63,861 nucleotides of DNA, filler included, from Eubacteriales bacterium (GCA_045636665.1; 10 parts of 10 records of this genome joined end to end with filler, not necessarily neighbours in it); one strand, 5' to 3'; positions 19,685-30,771 are shown, counted from the first letter of the whole stretch. Numbers and translations: made by a program. Notes: generated by a model not told the origin, from the sequence alone.

Positions 19685-19720
19685 AATGCACCCAAGGTTC
19701 TTGGGTGCATTAATTTTATT
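19685..19720. terminator. Terminator between convergent genes
   Basis: AATGCACCCAAG-GTT-CTTGGGTGCATT. Confidence 0.75.
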
Positions 19721-19729
19721 TGAGATTGC

Positions 19730-21424
19730 TTATAAAACGTTTTTGCCGTAGCGCTTGATTTTCTTCGTCGTTGTTTTTTCAAAGGCTTCCCAAACTACCT
19801 CGGTGATGATGATTTTTTTATAGGTCGGAAGCTTTTCGTTGATTTTCGCAACGACTTTCGCAATATCCTTAATTATATCTTCTTGCGAAGGAAGCTTTCC
19901 GTAAAGCTCTTTAATTTTATCAACATTGGGGAATATCTTTGCCTTGACAGCTTCTCCGCCTTTTGCGTTGGGCACGCCGAGCACAAGCGCTTCCGAAACG
20001 AAGTTTTCTTCTTCAAGACGTGTTTCAAGCTCCTCGGGATAAATGTTTTTGCCGTTTTGGGCAACGATGACGTTTTTGCATCTGCCGGTTATATAAAGAA
20101 ATCCGTCTTCGTCGAATCTTCCCAAATCGCCGGTGTGGAAATAACCGCCTCGCATAACGTGCGCGGTTCCTTCGGGGTCGTTATAATAGCCGAGCATAAC
20201 GTTATCGCCCTTTGCAATAACCTCGCCGATGCCTTCTTCGTTCGGGTTTTCGATTTTTATTTCAACGCCGTGAATAGGAAGTCCGACAGCCGCAGGGTTC
20301 ATAAAGAAGTCGTTGTTACCTGCAAGAAGCGGTGATGTTTCGGTAAGACCGTAGCCCTGATAGGTGGTAATACCAAGCTCGCAGAACGATTCGATGGTTT
20401 CGGGCTTTATGGGTGCCGCGCCGACGATAAGCAAGCGCAATTTTCCGCCCAACGATTTTTTAACCTTGCGTTTTACGACGTATCTTAAGGGGGCAGGGAG
20501 CTTTCTGAGCATTTCCTTTAAGGTTGCTCCCTCTTTCGGAAGCAGGAATTTCGGCAAAGATTCGCGGATAGAGGTGTCGATTCTTTTAAGGATAAATTCC
20601 AAAAGCAGGGGAACAACGATAAGCACGCTCGGTTGATATTCGTTGATGTTTTTTGCAACCTGACGCAACCCGTCGGCATAGGATATGCAAGAGCCGCCCG
20701 AAAGGAGCAAAAGATGCCCGAGTGTGGTTTCATAGGTATGGTGAAGCGGCAAGACCGAAAGCGAATGGAGTGTCGGGTCGACCTTTACCATCGTTGCGGT
20801 TTGGTTGATGTTGGCGCAAATGTTCTTTTGCGAAAGGCAAACGCCTTTTGAGCTTCCAGTCGTGCCCGAGGTGAAGATGAGAATGCTCATTTCCTCGGCG
20901 TTGATTTCCATGGTGTCAACCGCTTTGTTGCCGTTGTTATATATTGTTGCGCCCTCGGAAACAAGTCCGTCGAGCTTTTCAAACTCAATTTCGATTTTTT
21001 TACTCTCGGCAATGCTGAATTTCGCAACGTCTTCATTAATTTGAAGCTTTGCCAAAATCGCGCTGTCGGCAAAAACCGCCGAGCATTCCGCGGCATTCAT
21101 AAAATCAGCCATATCCGTTGCGTCAAGCTCTTTATCAATGGGCACGGCAACGCCGACCGTTGCCGACGCAAGATATGCAAGTATCCAACCGTAGCTGTTT
21201 GCGCCGATTATCGCAATGCGCTTTTCGGCATACCCGCGCGAGATAAGAGTGGTGCAAAGAGCGCGGTAATCGTTGGCAAAATCGGAATAGGTTACTGTTT
21301 TTTCGCGAAGTACAAAAGCAGGAAGCTCAGCAAAATCCTTTTCGCTTTCATAAACAAGCTCGCGGAAATTATAAACGGGACGAGTTTTGTGCTTTTTCGT
21401 AAGAAATTCTTCGTAAATGCTCAT
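19730..21424 (-). CDS. AMP-binding long-chain acyl-CoA synthetase
   Basis: FTSGTTGSSKG, LPLHHTYE, QGYGLTETSP, TGDLG, GRCKNVIV..NGKNIYPEE. Confidence 0.9.
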   Translation of the reverse strand: MSIYEEFLTKKHKTRPVYNFRELVYESEKDFAELPAFVLREKTVTYSDFANDYRALCTTLISRGYAEKRIAIIGANSYGWILAYLASATVGVAVPIDKELDATDMADFMNAAECSAVFADSAILAKLQINEDVAKFSIAESKKIEIEFEKLDGLVSEGATIYNNGNKAVDTMEINAEEMSILIFTSGTTGSSKGVCLSQKNICANINQTATMVKVDPTLHSLSVLPLHHTYETTLGHLLLLSGGSCISYADGLRQVAKNINEYQPSVLIVVPLLLEFILKRIDTSIRESLPKFLLPKEGATLKEMLRKLPAPLRYVVKRKVKKSLGGKLRLLIVGAAPIKPETIESFCELGITTYQGYGLTETSPLLAGNNDFFMNPAAVGLPIHGVEIKIENPNEEGIGEVIAKGDNVMLGYYNDPEGTAHVMRGGYFHTGDLGRFDEDGFLYITGRCKNVIVAQNGKNIYPEELETRLEEENFVSEALVLGVPNAKGGEAVKAKIFPNVDKIKELYGKLPSQEDIIKDIAKVVAKINEKLPTYKKIIITEVVWEAFEKTTTKKIKRYGKNVL

Positions 21425-21607
21425 TAAAATACCCTTTCAAAATCGAATGAACACATTATACACCATCTGACACCTAATTTCAATAGCTAAATGAAATAAT
21501 TTTCAAAACTATTTCAAATGATAACAAAAACAACATTATTTTGTCCTTGTAATATTTGGAACGATATGATATAATGAATCGATAATATGTATCAAGGAGG
21601 AGTTTTT

Positions 21608-22627
21608 ATGTTTAAGCAGATCATAGCAGTTCTTCTGATCCTTTCCACACTTCTTTTGGCAGTCGCTTGCGGAGAATCGACCGAAACGACTTCGACAACG
21701 GCTTCCGAAAACGCCGAAGAATCCAAAACCGAATCGAACACCGAAAACACGTCGAGCGAAGCGGATGCGGAGGCTTCTGAAGGCGGTCAAGAAAGCACCG
21801 AAGCAAGTAAAGACGAAAGCGACAAGATTCCCCCTGCATTTGTCGATGCAACCGACGGCAAATTAGAAGCAATCACACACAACGCAGGTGAAGAAATCGA
21901 TATTCTTGAAGGTCTTACCGTGCGCGATAACGTTACGGCGGATGCGGATATCGTCGTTTCGATTTCCGATGACGGCGGTTACAGCAAAGACGTTGCAGGT
22001 ACTTACACCGTTACCGTCGAAGCAAAGGACCAAGCGGGCAACACCGCAACCGTTACCATTGAAATCACCGTAAAGGCGGTTTCTTCCAAGAAGGAAATCG
22101 TTCTCGGCGGTAATATCCCTTACGTTCAGAACGAAGACGGCGCGCTTAGTTATACCGCATCGGGTACAAAATTCCGTAGCGCCGATAAGGTTCAGGTAAT
22201 GGATAAGGATTTCTTTATCAAGCAGTATAACGATTTTTACAAGGAACACACCAATAACGGACAAGTGCCCTATTTCCCCAACGGTATAATTATGATTACC
22301 GATAAGGATATGAATCTTGTTCAGGCTCGTCTTGCGGTTGGCGAAACTATTCAAATCGACTCCAAGGGCAACCTTACCAACAAAGAGCTCACTTGGACCA
22401 ATTCTCTCGACGCAACCAACGGCGGCGGTATGTTCAAAAATATTATTAACGACCTTAAATCGCTTATTCCCGACGGCGGTTATATTATCTTCGTGGGTAG
22501 CCCCGGCGATGCCGTTTGCCGTAATGCGCTTGTTAAGGAATTGTTCTTTACAGGATACGCAGGCGGTCCCGTTACACTTGACCAAAGCGACGTTTCTTTG
22601 GCAGATGCAAAGGTAAAGCTTGGTTAA
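21608..22627 (+). CDS. Lipoprotein with S/E/T-rich linker and Ig-like (DUF5011-like) domain
   Basis: GGAGG RBS, lipobox LAVAC, PP.F...LEGLTVRDNV..GTYTVTVEAKDQAGN. Confidence 0.75.
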   Translation: MFKQIIAVLLILSTLLLAVACGESTETTSTTASENAEESKTESNTENTSSEADAEASEGGQESTEASKDESDKIPPAFVDATDGKLEAITHNAGEEIDILEGLTVRDNVTADADIVVSISDDGGYSKDVAGTYTVTVEAKDQAGNTATVTIEITVKAVSSKKEIVLGGNIPYVQNEDGALSYTASGTKFRSADKVQVMDKDFFIKQYNDFYKEHTNNGQVPYFPNGIIMITDKDMNLVQARLAVGETIQIDSKGNLTNKELTWTNSLDATNGGGMFKNIINDLKSLIPDGGYIIFVGSPGDAVCRNALVKELFFTGYAGGPVTLDQSDVSLADAKVKLG

Positions 22628-22643
22628 TTTCGGGGTATAAGCA

Positions 22644-23984
22644 ATGAAAAAATTTATTCTGTTTTTGCTTGTCCTTTCGGCATTGCTCACCGCTTGCTCG
22701 GATAGCGGCGAAACCGTTTCCGTTGAATCGTCGGAATCGGCAGAGTCGACCGAAAACGCGGTGTCCGAGGAGGAAAGCAAGGCGCCCGATACCGAAAAGC
22801 CCTCGATTCGTATACCCAAAGGCGCGACCGAGGTTATCATCAACAAGGGCGATTCTTACGACCTTATGCAAAACGTAACCGGTTATGACAAGGTAGACGG
22901 CGACGTTACCGATAAGATACAAATTAATGACGGAGGTTTTGATCCGAATACTGTCGGAGAATATACCGTGACATATTTTTTGGCTGACAATGCGGGTAAT
23001 GCGGCTGACCCGAAATTTAAAAAGATAACAGTCCGCGAAACCGACGTTCTTGCCGCACCTCCCGTTTGGGACGGCAAAATCGACGGTGAAAAGCTTAACC
23101 CCAATGCACCTGCCGTTTTCGGCGGCGCTTGGTATCACAAGGCGGTTTCCTCCAAGGATAAATGGGTGGGAATCGAAGCGATAGTAACTCTTCCCGAGGT
23201 AACGATTCGCCGTTACAGCGGTGATTTCGATGAATCGCTTAATGTAGACCCCAACGTTAAAAATCTCGATAATCCCTCGGTTTATATGGGCGGCAACGCG
23301 TTGAGCGAATCCGACGTCGGACTTTCGTTCTCCAAGGCGTTGATCGATACAAAATCGAACACGCTCAGCACGGGAAGCATTGCTTTCCGTCCGTTTTGGA
23401 GATATATTACCGATAAGGATCAAGACCTTGGCGGTTATGACGCTCACGGCGGTGAATATGCGGTTTCTGCAAACGGAAACAACTGCATCGCCAACTACCA
23501 TTGGAAGTATACCGAATATTATTATCTCCCCGGCGATAAGATCCGTATGATCGTTTACGTTCCCGAAGCGGGCAAGATGCAGCTTCAAATCGAGGTGCTT
23601 GAGGTTTCGACTCTTCCCGAATCGGTCGCAATGCGTGAAAAATACGGTTGGAAGAATCCCGAAGACTTTTTAAGCCCCATCTTCACATCCCCCGGACACG
23701 GAACCGGTATGGATGCCGAATTCAAGCGCGTTAACGCTATCGACCAAGTAAGCAATGAGGGCGGTACCGCAATTTTCGGCGATACGCTTATAAGCAACAT
23801 TATCTGGCACGAAACCTATCTTTACCGCGAAATCGACGGCACGCTTTACCGCGTACCGATGAGCGAGGACAGACGCGGTGTTACCAACGCGCCGTTGGAT
23901 GAATATTTCGACGTTGATTTTGAAGGCGTTGAATCGAACCTCGGCGGCGAAAGGGTAACCATTCACCCCGGTTATAAAAACTAA
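22644..23984 (+). CDS. Lipoprotein with Ig-like (DUF5011-like) domain and an unassigned beta-rich C-terminal domain
   Basis: Lipobox LTAC, DTEKPSI...VTGYDKVDGDVT...GEYTVTYFLADNAGN. Confidence 0.75.
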   Translation: MKKFILFLLVLSALLTACSDSGETVSVESSESAESTENAVSEEESKAPDTEKPSIRIPKGATEVIINKGDSYDLMQNVTGYDKVDGDVTDKIQINDGGFDPNTVGEYTVTYFLADNAGNAADPKFKKITVRETDVLAAPPVWDGKIDGEKLNPNAPAVFGGAWYHKAVSSKDKWVGIEAIVTLPEVTIRRYSGDFDESLNVDPNVKNLDNPSVYMGGNALSESDVGLSFSKALIDTKSNTLSTGSIAFRPFWRYITDKDQDLGGYDAHGGEYAVSANGNNCIANYHWKYTEYYYLPGDKIRMIVYVPEAGKMQLQIEVLEVSTLPESVAMREKYGWKNPEDFLSPIFTSPGHGTGMDAEFKRVNAIDQVSNEGGTAIFGDTLISNIIWHETYLYREIDGTLYRVPMSEDRRGVTNAPLDEYFDVDFEGVESNLGGERVTIHPGYKN

Positions 23985-24099
23985 AAACAAGAAAATGCTC
24001 GTTTTTTATAATGGGCATTTTTTTACAATTTGGTATAGAAATATTGAAATTTATAGGTTATAATAAAGACGTAAAAACAAAGAAAGGATGTAAACAATA

Positions 24100-24408
24100 A
24101 TGTCTGTATTAAAGTTAAATAAAAGCAATTTCGATGAAGTGAAGAACAGCGAGAAAAAGGTTCTTATCGATTTCTATGCCGATTGGTGCGGCCCTTGCAG
24201 AATGGTTTCTCCCATCGTCGACCAAATCGCCGAGGAAAGCGATGAATATCTCGTTGCAAAGGTGAACGTCGATGAAGAGGGCGAATTGGCAAGTGAATTC
24301 GGCGTTTCGAGCATCCCGATGCTCGTTGTGATGAAAAACGGCGAAATAATCGCACAGTCTGTCGGTGCAAAGCCCAAGGAACAAATCTTGGCGATGCTTC
24401 AAGGTTAA
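24100..24408 (+). CDS. trxA: Thioredoxin
   Basis: DFYADWCGPC, VSSIP. Confidence 0.97.
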   Translation: MSVLKLNKSNFDEVKNSEKKVLIDFYADWCGPCRMVSPIVDQIAEESDEYLVAKVNVDEEGELASEFGVSSIPMLVVMKNGEIIAQSVGAKPKEQILAMLQG

Positions 24409-24411
24409 GCT

Positions 24412-24751
24412 ATGGAAGAACGTATTTACGATATGATAATCGTCGGCGGCGGGCCGGCAGGATATTCTGCGGCGCTTTATGCGGCGCGCGCGGGCTTGGA
24501 CACGCTTGTTATCGAGCGTATGTCGGCAGGCGGACAAATGGCGCTGACCGATATAATCGACAACTATCCCGGCTTTGAAAACGGTGTCGACGGGTTCGAG
24601 CTCGGTATGAAAATGCAGCAGGGCGCACAGCGATTCGGTGCAAAAACCGAATACGGCGAGGTTGTCGGCGTTGATTTTTCGAATGCCGTTAAATCCGTTC
24701 AAACGTCGTCAAAAGCCTATTACGGCAAAACCGTTGTTATCGCAACGGGTG
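24412..24751 (+). CDS. trxB: Thioredoxin reductase, N-terminal fragment
   Basis: [31 protein letters not shown]; cut by linker. Confidence 0.92.
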
Positions 24752-24851
24752 NNNNNNNNNNNNNNNNNNNNNNNNNNNNNNNNNNNNNNNNNNNNTTAAT
24801 TAATTAANNNNNNNNNNNNNNNNNNNNNNNNNNNNNNNNNNNNNNNNNNNN

Positions 24852-25189
24852 TTTTCCTTAGAGGTGTAGAAACCGGTGCATTCGAGAACTACGTCTACAT
24901 CGAGTGCCTTCCAAGGGCAGTTAGCTGCATCCTTTTCAGCGTAGATCTTGATTTCCTTGCCGTCAACGATGATGGAATCATCGGTGCAGGAAACGGTGTG
25001 AGCAGGGTTGGTACCGAGCTTGCCGCAGAAACCGCCTTGAGCAGTGTCATACTTAAGAAGGTGAGCGAGCATTTTGGGGCTGGTAAGGTCATTGATAGCA
25101 ACAACTTCATAACCTTCAGCGTCAACCATCTGGCGGAATGCAAGACGGCCGATACGGCCAAAGCCGTTAATAGCAACTTTTACAGACAT
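24852..25189 (-). CDS. gap: Type I glyceraldehyde-3-phosphate dehydrogenase, N-terminal fragment
   Basis: [34 protein letters not shown]. Confidence 0.96.
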
Positions 25190-25283
25190 TTTAAAAGTCC
25201 TCCATAAATTTAATTTAATTCACCGTACGATAGTTTATACCATTTGGTGAAAAATTACAATAGTTATTTTAAAAAAAATGGTA

Positions 25284-25952
25284 TTAATTTCCTTCTGGGT
25301 TTTTGTCGTTTTCGCTAATGAATTTGCGAATACGCAATTTTGCGCCGATTTTATCAACGGTTTCCTGACATTTCTTGATGTTTTCATCGCTTAAAGTGGT
25401 TTCGACAACCGAGAACTGAACCAAACCGATATTGCCAACACAACGTGATGCAAATTCAATCATCGCGTTATATGCTTTTTTGCCAAATACCGAATGACAA
25501 AGCTTGTCGTAATCGCATTCGTTTGAAGCGTTCATGCTTATCGAAATGCTGTCGATAAGTCCGAAAAGCATTTTTGTGCTGTCTTCGCCGTTAATGAGCT
25601 CGGAATGACCGTTAGTATTAAGACGGATAGGGATATTGGGGTATGCTTTTTTTAATTTTTGTGCAGTTTCGATTAATGCATCAAATCTGCAAGTCGGTTC
25701 GCCGTAACCGCAAAATACAAAGCTTTCGCAGTTTTCGAAAAATATTTTATCGACTTGGTCTATAATCTCGTCAGGAGTGGGTTCACGTTCAAGCCAAAGA
25801 CTGTTACTGCCGTATGCGGTATCGCCGTTGTTGCGCAAACAAAAGGTGCAGTCGTTTGTGCAACGGTTTGTAAGATTTAAATAAATTCCGTTACCGACAA
25901 TATATGCAAAGGTTTGCGAACGCTTTTTAGATCCCAAAAAGCCGCTTTGCAT
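25284..25952 (-). CDS. TatD-associated radical SAM protein
   Basis: YLNLTNRCTNDCTFC, WLEREP, FCGYGEPT, RLNTNG; directly downstream of and overlapping tatD; start uncertain (25952 or 25982). Confidence 0.88.
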   Translation of the reverse strand: MQSGFLGSKKRSQTFAYIVGNGIYLNLTNRCTNDCTFCLRNNGDTAYGSNSLWLEREPTPDEIIDQVDKIFFENCESFVFCGYGEPTCRFDALIETAQKLKKAYPNIPIRLNTNGHSELINGEDSTKMLFGLIDSISISMNASNECDYDKLCHSVFGKKAYNAMIEFASRCVGNIGLVQFSVVETTLSDENIKKCQETVDKIGAKLRIRKFISENDKNPEGN

Positions 25953-26682
25953 TTTCTTCGGTGATTCGTTCGATGTGTTCAAAAGAAGTTCCTCTGATTT
26001 CTGCTATTTTTTCAAGCGTGTATCTCATATAACTTGAGTCGTTGCGCTTGCCCCGAAACGGATGTGCGGTTAAATACGGCGAATCGGTTTCGGTCAAAAT
26101 TCTGTCTTCAGGTAAAAATAGTGCGTTTTCGACGGGATGCTTAGCGTTTTTAAAGGTTACCGTGCCGGGGAAGGAGATATACCAACCGCGGTCAATAAGT
26201 ATCTTGGCGGTTTCCTTGCTTCCCGAAAAGGCGTGAAAAACACCTTTTACGTTGTAATCAAGCACAATTTCCAAGCAGTCTGCAACGGCGTCACGTTCGT
26301 GAATAACAACGGGCATATCGTTTTCGACGGCTAATTCAAGCTGTTTGCGAAAAACCGCCTTTTGCTTATCCTTATTGTCGCTGACCCAGTGGTAATCAAG
26401 ACCGATTTCTCCTATTGCAACGACTTTTTCGTGCTTGATAAGCTCCTTCATTTTTTGAAATGAATCATCGTCGAATTTATCAACGTCAGACGGATGGAAA
26501 CCGACCGTTGCATAAATATTTTCATATTTTTCCGCAAGCTTTATAGCAAATAGGGAAGTTTCGATATTACATCCCGCATTGATAATTTTACTTACGCCTT
26601 TTTCATTAAAAAGCGAAGCTAAAAGCTCATCACGGTCGGAATCAAAAGCATCGTCGTCATAATGTGCGTGAATATCGATCAT
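25927..26682 (-). CDS. tatD: TatD family DNase
   Basis: DIHAH, GFHP, AIGEIGLDY, IHERDA, TETDSPYL. Confidence 0.94.
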   Translation of the reverse strand: MIDIHAHYDDDAFDSDRDELLASLFNEKGVSKIINAGCNIETSLFAIKLAEKYENIYATVGFHPSDVDKFDDDSFQKMKELIKHEKVVAIGEIGLDYHWVSDNKDKQKAVFRKQLELAVENDMPVVIHERDAVADCLEIVLDYNVKGVFHAFSGSKETAKILIDRGWYISFPGTVTFKNAKHPVENALFLPEDRILTETDSPYLTAHPFRGKRNDSSYMRYTLEKIAEIRGTSFEHIERITEENAKRLFGI

Positions 26683-28632
26683 TTATCTTACCTTGCTGCC
26701 GGGCTTTGCGTTTTCGTCGGCAAACATAACCTTAACGCCATCATCGGTGTCAGCCGCGAGAATCATACCGAAGCTGTCAATGCCGCGAAGCTTGGCAGGC
26801 TTAAGATTGGAAACAACAATAACGTTTTTGCCGATAAGCGAATCGGGTTCATAGTATTTGGCGATACCCGAAACTACCTGACGGGTTTCATTGCCCATAT
26901 CGACTTGAAGAACGAGCAATTTGTCGCTGTTTTCGGCTTTTGCGCACTCTTTGATTTTGCCGACGCGGAGGTCTATTTTAGCAAAATCTTCAATTCCGAT
27001 TTCCTCAAGTGCTTTTTCTTCCTTCTTTTCGGTCTTCTTTGCTTCTTTTGCGGCTTTTTTAGCCTCTTTTGCCTTCTTTTCGAGCTCTGCAAAATATTTC
27101 TTTTCGTCAATTCTTGCAAAAAGAATGGGAATTTCTTGAAGCTCAACACCTTCGCAGTAATATCCGTACTTGATAGCGGAATCGAAATCAAGCGCAGGTG
27201 CGTTGAAGATCTCGTTTATCTTATTTGCGGTGTCGGGAACAAGCGGCTCAAGAAGTACGTTGCAGATACGGATGCTTTCGACGAGGTTTGAAAGCACGTT
27301 TGCAAGCTCTTGCTTCTTTTCGGGGTCTTTTGCGAGAGCCCAAGGCGTTGTTTCGTCGATATATTTGTTACAAGCTTTGATGGTGTTGAAAAGTGCGTTA
27401 TCTGCATCTGCAATAAAGAACTTATCGAATTTGGAAACGGTGTCCTTTATGCCTTCGTTGACAGCGTTTTTAAGCGTTACGGCAAATTCGTCGTCATTGC
27501 CGTCGTTTTTGGGGATGATACCGTTGAAATATTGCTTAATCATTGCGCCCGTACGCGAAACGAGGTTGCCCAGAGTGTTCGCAAGGTCGGAATTTGTGCG
27601 CTTGATAAGATTTTCATAGGTAATGCTGCCGTCGTTAAAATATCCCATTTCAGCAAGCAAATAGTGTCTTACGGGATCAAGACCGAATTCCGCAACAAGG
27701 TCATCGCCATAGATAACGTTACCCTTGGATTTGCTCATCTTGTCTTCGCCGAATAACAACCAGGGATGGCAAAGTACTTGCTTGGGGAGGGGAAGTCCCA
27801 AAGCCATAAGGATGATAGGCCAATAAATAGTGTGGAAACGCACGATATCCTTACCGATTACCTGTACGTCTGCAGGCCAAAGCTTGTTGTAAAGCTCTGA
27901 CGGATTATTTATATCATAACCGATTGCGGTGATATAGTTGGAAAGCGCATCAAGCCAAACGTAGGTAACGTGCTTGGGATCAAACTCAACGGGAATACCC
28001 CAAGTAAAGCTCGTTCTCGAAACACAAAGGTCTTGAAGACCGGGCTTGATAAAGTTGTTTATCATCTCGTTTTTGCGGGATACCGGAGTGATAAAATCTT
28101 CGTTGCTGTTGTAGTATTCTATAAGGCGGTCAGCATATTTGGACATTTTAAGGAAATATGCTTCTTCGCTTGCCTTTTTGCATTCACGTCCGCAGTCGGG
28201 GCATTTACCGTCAACCAACTGAGTATCGGTCCAGAAGGATTCACAAGGCGTGCAATAATTACCTTCGTAAGATCCCTTGTAAATGTCACCTTGCTCATAA
28301 AGCTTTGTGAAAATCTTTTGAACACATTTTACGTGTTCTTCATCGGTTGTACGGATGAATTTATTGTAGCTAATGTTAAAGAGATCCCAAATGGACTTGA
28401 TTTGTCCCGCTACGTTGTCAACGTATTCTTGGGGAGTAATTCCAGCCGCTTCGGCTTCTTGCTGAATTTTCTGTCCGTGTTCATCAGTACCGGTAAGAAA
28501 ATATACGTCAAAACCTCTTAATCTTTTGTATCGTGCGATAGCATCGGTTAAAACCGCTTCATAAGTGTTGCCTATGTGAGGTTTTTTCGAAGTATAGGCA
28601 ATAGCGGTTGTGATATAAAATTTATTTCCCAT
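26683..28632 (-). CDS. metG: Methionyl-tRNA synthetase with C-terminal tRNA-binding domain
   Basis: HIGN, GTDEHGQKI, zinc knuckle, YVWLDAL, KMSKSKGN, C-terminal DLRVGKI..VSGIA. Confidence 0.97.
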   Translation of the reverse strand: MGNKFYITTAIAYTSKKPHIGNTYEAVLTDAIARYKRLRGFDVYFLTGTDEHGQKIQQEAEAAGITPQEYVDNVAGQIKSIWDLFNISYNKFIRTTDEEHVKCVQKIFTKLYEQGDIYKGSYEGNYCTPCESFWTDTQLVDGKCPDCGRECKKASEEAYFLKMSKYADRLIEYYNSNEDFITPVSRKNEMINNFIKPGLQDLCVSRTSFTWGIPVEFDPKHVTYVWLDALSNYITAIGYDINNPSELYNKLWPADVQVIGKDIVRFHTIYWPIILMALGLPLPKQVLCHPWLLFGEDKMSKSKGNVIYGDDLVAEFGLDPVRHYLLAEMGYFNDGSITYENLIKRTNSDLANTLGNLVSRTGAMIKQYFNGIIPKNDGNDDEFAVTLKNAVNEGIKDTVSKFDKFFIADADNALFNTIKACNKYIDETTPWALAKDPEKKQELANVLSNLVESIRICNVLLEPLVPDTANKINEIFNAPALDFDSAIKYGYYCEGVELQEIPILFARIDEKKYFAELEKKAKEAKKAAKEAKKTEKKEEKALEEIGIEDFAKIDLRVGKIKECAKAENSDKLLVLQVDMGNETRQVVSGIAKYYEPDSLIGKNVIVVSNLKPAKLRGIDSFGMILAADTDDGVKVMFADENAKPGSKVR

Positions 28633-28651
28633 TAAATTTTTACTCCTAACT

Positions 28652-30010
28652 TTAGTTTTTAAGACTGTGGATAGGTGCGGGGATTCTTCCGCCGCGGTTG
28701 ATAAATATTTCGGGGGATTCGGATCTGAGCTTCATTATTGGTGCTGTTCCCAAAAGTCCGCCGAAATCAACAGATTCGCCAACAGTTTTACCGTAAGCAG
28801 GTATAATTCTTACCGCGGTGGTTTTTGTGTTGGCAACACCTATCGAAATCTCATCGGCAATAATACCGCAAATTACAGCTTCACTTGTATCGCCGGGGAC
28901 TGCAATCATATCAAGTCCGACAGAGCATACTGCAGTCATCGCTTCGAGCTTTTCAATAGAAAGAACGCCCTTTTCGACTGCCGCGATCATGCCTGCATCC
29001 TCTGAAACGGGAATAAATGCACCCGAAAGTCCGCCGACGTGTGACGAAGCCATTACGCCGCCCTTTTTAACCGCATCGTTAAGCATCGCGAGTGCCGCCG
29101 TGGTGCCGTGAGCACCGCAGGTTTCGAGTCCCATGCTTTCCAAAATGTCAGCAACCGAATCACCGATTGCAGGGGTGGGAGCCAACGAAAGGTCAACAAT
29201 GCCGAACGGTATGTTCAAACGGTTGGATGCTTCTCTTGCAATCAACTGACCGACTCTTGTAATCTTGAAGGATTGCTTTTTAATAACCTCAGCAAGCTCG
29301 GACAGACTGCAATCGCCTGCTCTTTTAATAGCAGAGCTGACAACACCGGGACCGGAAACGCCAACGTTGATAATGGCATCCGGTTCGCCAACGCCGTGGA
29401 ATGCGCCTGCCATAAAGGGGTTGTCCTCTGGTACGTTAGCAAACACGACTAATTTTGCACAGCCGATAGAGTTATTATCTCTTGTAAGATAAGCGGTTTT
29501 CTTGATAATGCTGCCCATTTTTGCAATAGCATCCATATTAATGCCTGCTTTTGTAGTAGCAACGTTAACAGACGAGCAAACCATTTTGGTTGTAGCCAAA
29601 GCCTCGGGGATCGCATCGATAAGCGCATTGTCACAACGTGTGCTTCCTTTATGCACAAGCGCACCGAAGCCGCCTATAAAATTAATACCGAGCGCATCAG
29701 CGGCTTTGTCGAGCATCCTTGCAGCTTCAACGTATCCTTCACTGTCGAGCTTACCGCCGACAAGCGAAAGAGGGGTTACGGAAACACGTTTGTTGATGAT
29801 AGGAATGCCGTACATCTTTTCCAATTCGTTGCAAATCGGCACTAATCTTTCTGCGGTTTTTGTTATCTTATCGTATACGTTATTCAAAAACCTATTTTTA
29901 TCGTCGCTGACACAATCGAAGAGCGATATTCCCACGGTAACCGTGCGTATATCAAGGTTCTCTTCGCGTATCATATTTATTGTTTCAAGTATATCCTTTG
30001 TATCGATCAT
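28652..30010 (-). CDS. UPF0210/DUF711 (PFL-like) protein
   Basis: [45 protein letters not shown]. Confidence 0.92.
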   Translation of the reverse strand: MIDTKDILETINMIREENLDIRTVTVGISLFDCVSDDKNRFLNNVYDKITKTAERLVPICNELEKMYGIPIINKRVSVTPLSLVGGKLDSEGYVEAARMLDKAADALGINFIGGFGALVHKGSTRCDNALIDAIPEALATTKMVCSSVNVATTKAGINMDAIAKMGSIIKKTAYLTRDNNSIGCAKLVVFANVPEDNPFMAGAFHGVGEPDAIINVGVSGPGVVSSAIKRAGDCSLSELAEVIKKQSFKITRVGQLIAREASNRLNIPFGIVDLSLAPTPAIGDSVADILESMGLETCGAHGTTAALAMLNDAVKKGGVMASSHVGGLSGAFIPVSEDAGMIAAVEKGVLSIEKLEAMTAVCSVGLDMIAVPGDTSEAVICGIIADEISIGVANTKTTAVRIIPAYGKTVGESVDFGGLLGTAPIMKLRSESPEIFINRGGRIPAPIHSLKN

Positions 30011-30021
30011 AATTCGCTCCG

Positions 30022-30297
30022 TTAAATTTTGTGCATGGAATCAAAAATATCTTCGTGCATCGCGTGGATTTCCAAACCGATTTCTTTACCAAGGAGCGCA
30101 ACCTTATCAACAAATTCGGTAAAAGGAACGGTGAGTGAATTAATTTCAACCAACATTATCATTGCAAAATAATCCTTCAAAACCGTTTGAGAAATATCGA
30201 TTATATTTGCGCCAAATTCTGCACATACGTTGCTTACCTTTGCGATAATGCCAACGTTGTCCTTACCTGTTACTGAAATTACTGCTTTAGTTTTCAT
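30022..30297 (-). CDS. ACT domain protein (UPF0237)
   Basis: [34 protein letters not shown]; usual partner of UPF0210. Confidence 0.92.
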   Translation of the reverse strand: MKTKAVISVTGKDNVGIIAKVSNVCAEFGANIIDISQTVLKDYFAMIMLVEINSLTVPFTEFVDKVALLGKEIGLEIHAMHEDIFDSMHKI

Positions 30298-30769
30298 TTT
30301 TGTTTCCTTTCGGTCTTTTGCGTAATTCTGCAAAAAAATCTGATAATATTGCGGCACATTCTGTTTCCATTACGCCGCCGAGTATTTCATATTTGTGATT
30401 GAGCGGATATTCGTGAAGGTCAAAAACACTTCCGTATGCACCTGCCTTTTTATCAAAGCAGCCGTATACTACGCGCTTTATTCGTGAATTTACAATTGCG
30501 CCTGCGCACATAGGGCAGGGCTCCATTGTAACGTAAAGCGTGCAGTCGGTTAAACGCCATGCGGAAAGCTTTTTGCACGCTCGGTCGATTGCAATTATCT
30601 CAGCGTGGTGCAAAGCGTTTTTTTTGCTTTCTCGCATATTTCTTCCCGTTGCTACGATATTACCGTTTGCATCAACGATTACCGCGCCGATGGGCACTTC
30701 GCCGTGTTTTGCGGCTTCTCTTGCGCGAGAAAGCGCTTTTTTCATATAATAAACGTCATCTTTAATCAT
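30287..30769 (-). CDS. tadA: tRNA adenosine(34) deaminase
   Basis: GEVPIGAV, HAE, WRL, EPCPMCAGA. Confidence 0.94.
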   Translation of the reverse strand: MIKDDVYYMKKALSRAREAAKHGEVPIGAVIVDANGNIVATGRNMRESKKNALHHAEIIAIDRACKKLSAWRLTDCTLYVTMEPCPMCAGAIVNSRIKRVVYGCFDKKAGAYGSVFDLHEYPLNHKYEILGGVMETECAAILSDFFAELRKRPKGNKNEN

Positions 30770-30771
30770 AA

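Noticed and set aside
25284..28632. metG-tatD-radical SAM linkage as a new system
   Set aside because: Already recognised as the TatD-associated radical SAM family and a common metG-tatD synteny.
28652..30297. ACT + UPF0210 pair
   Set aside because: Widespread known pairing; nothing unusual here.
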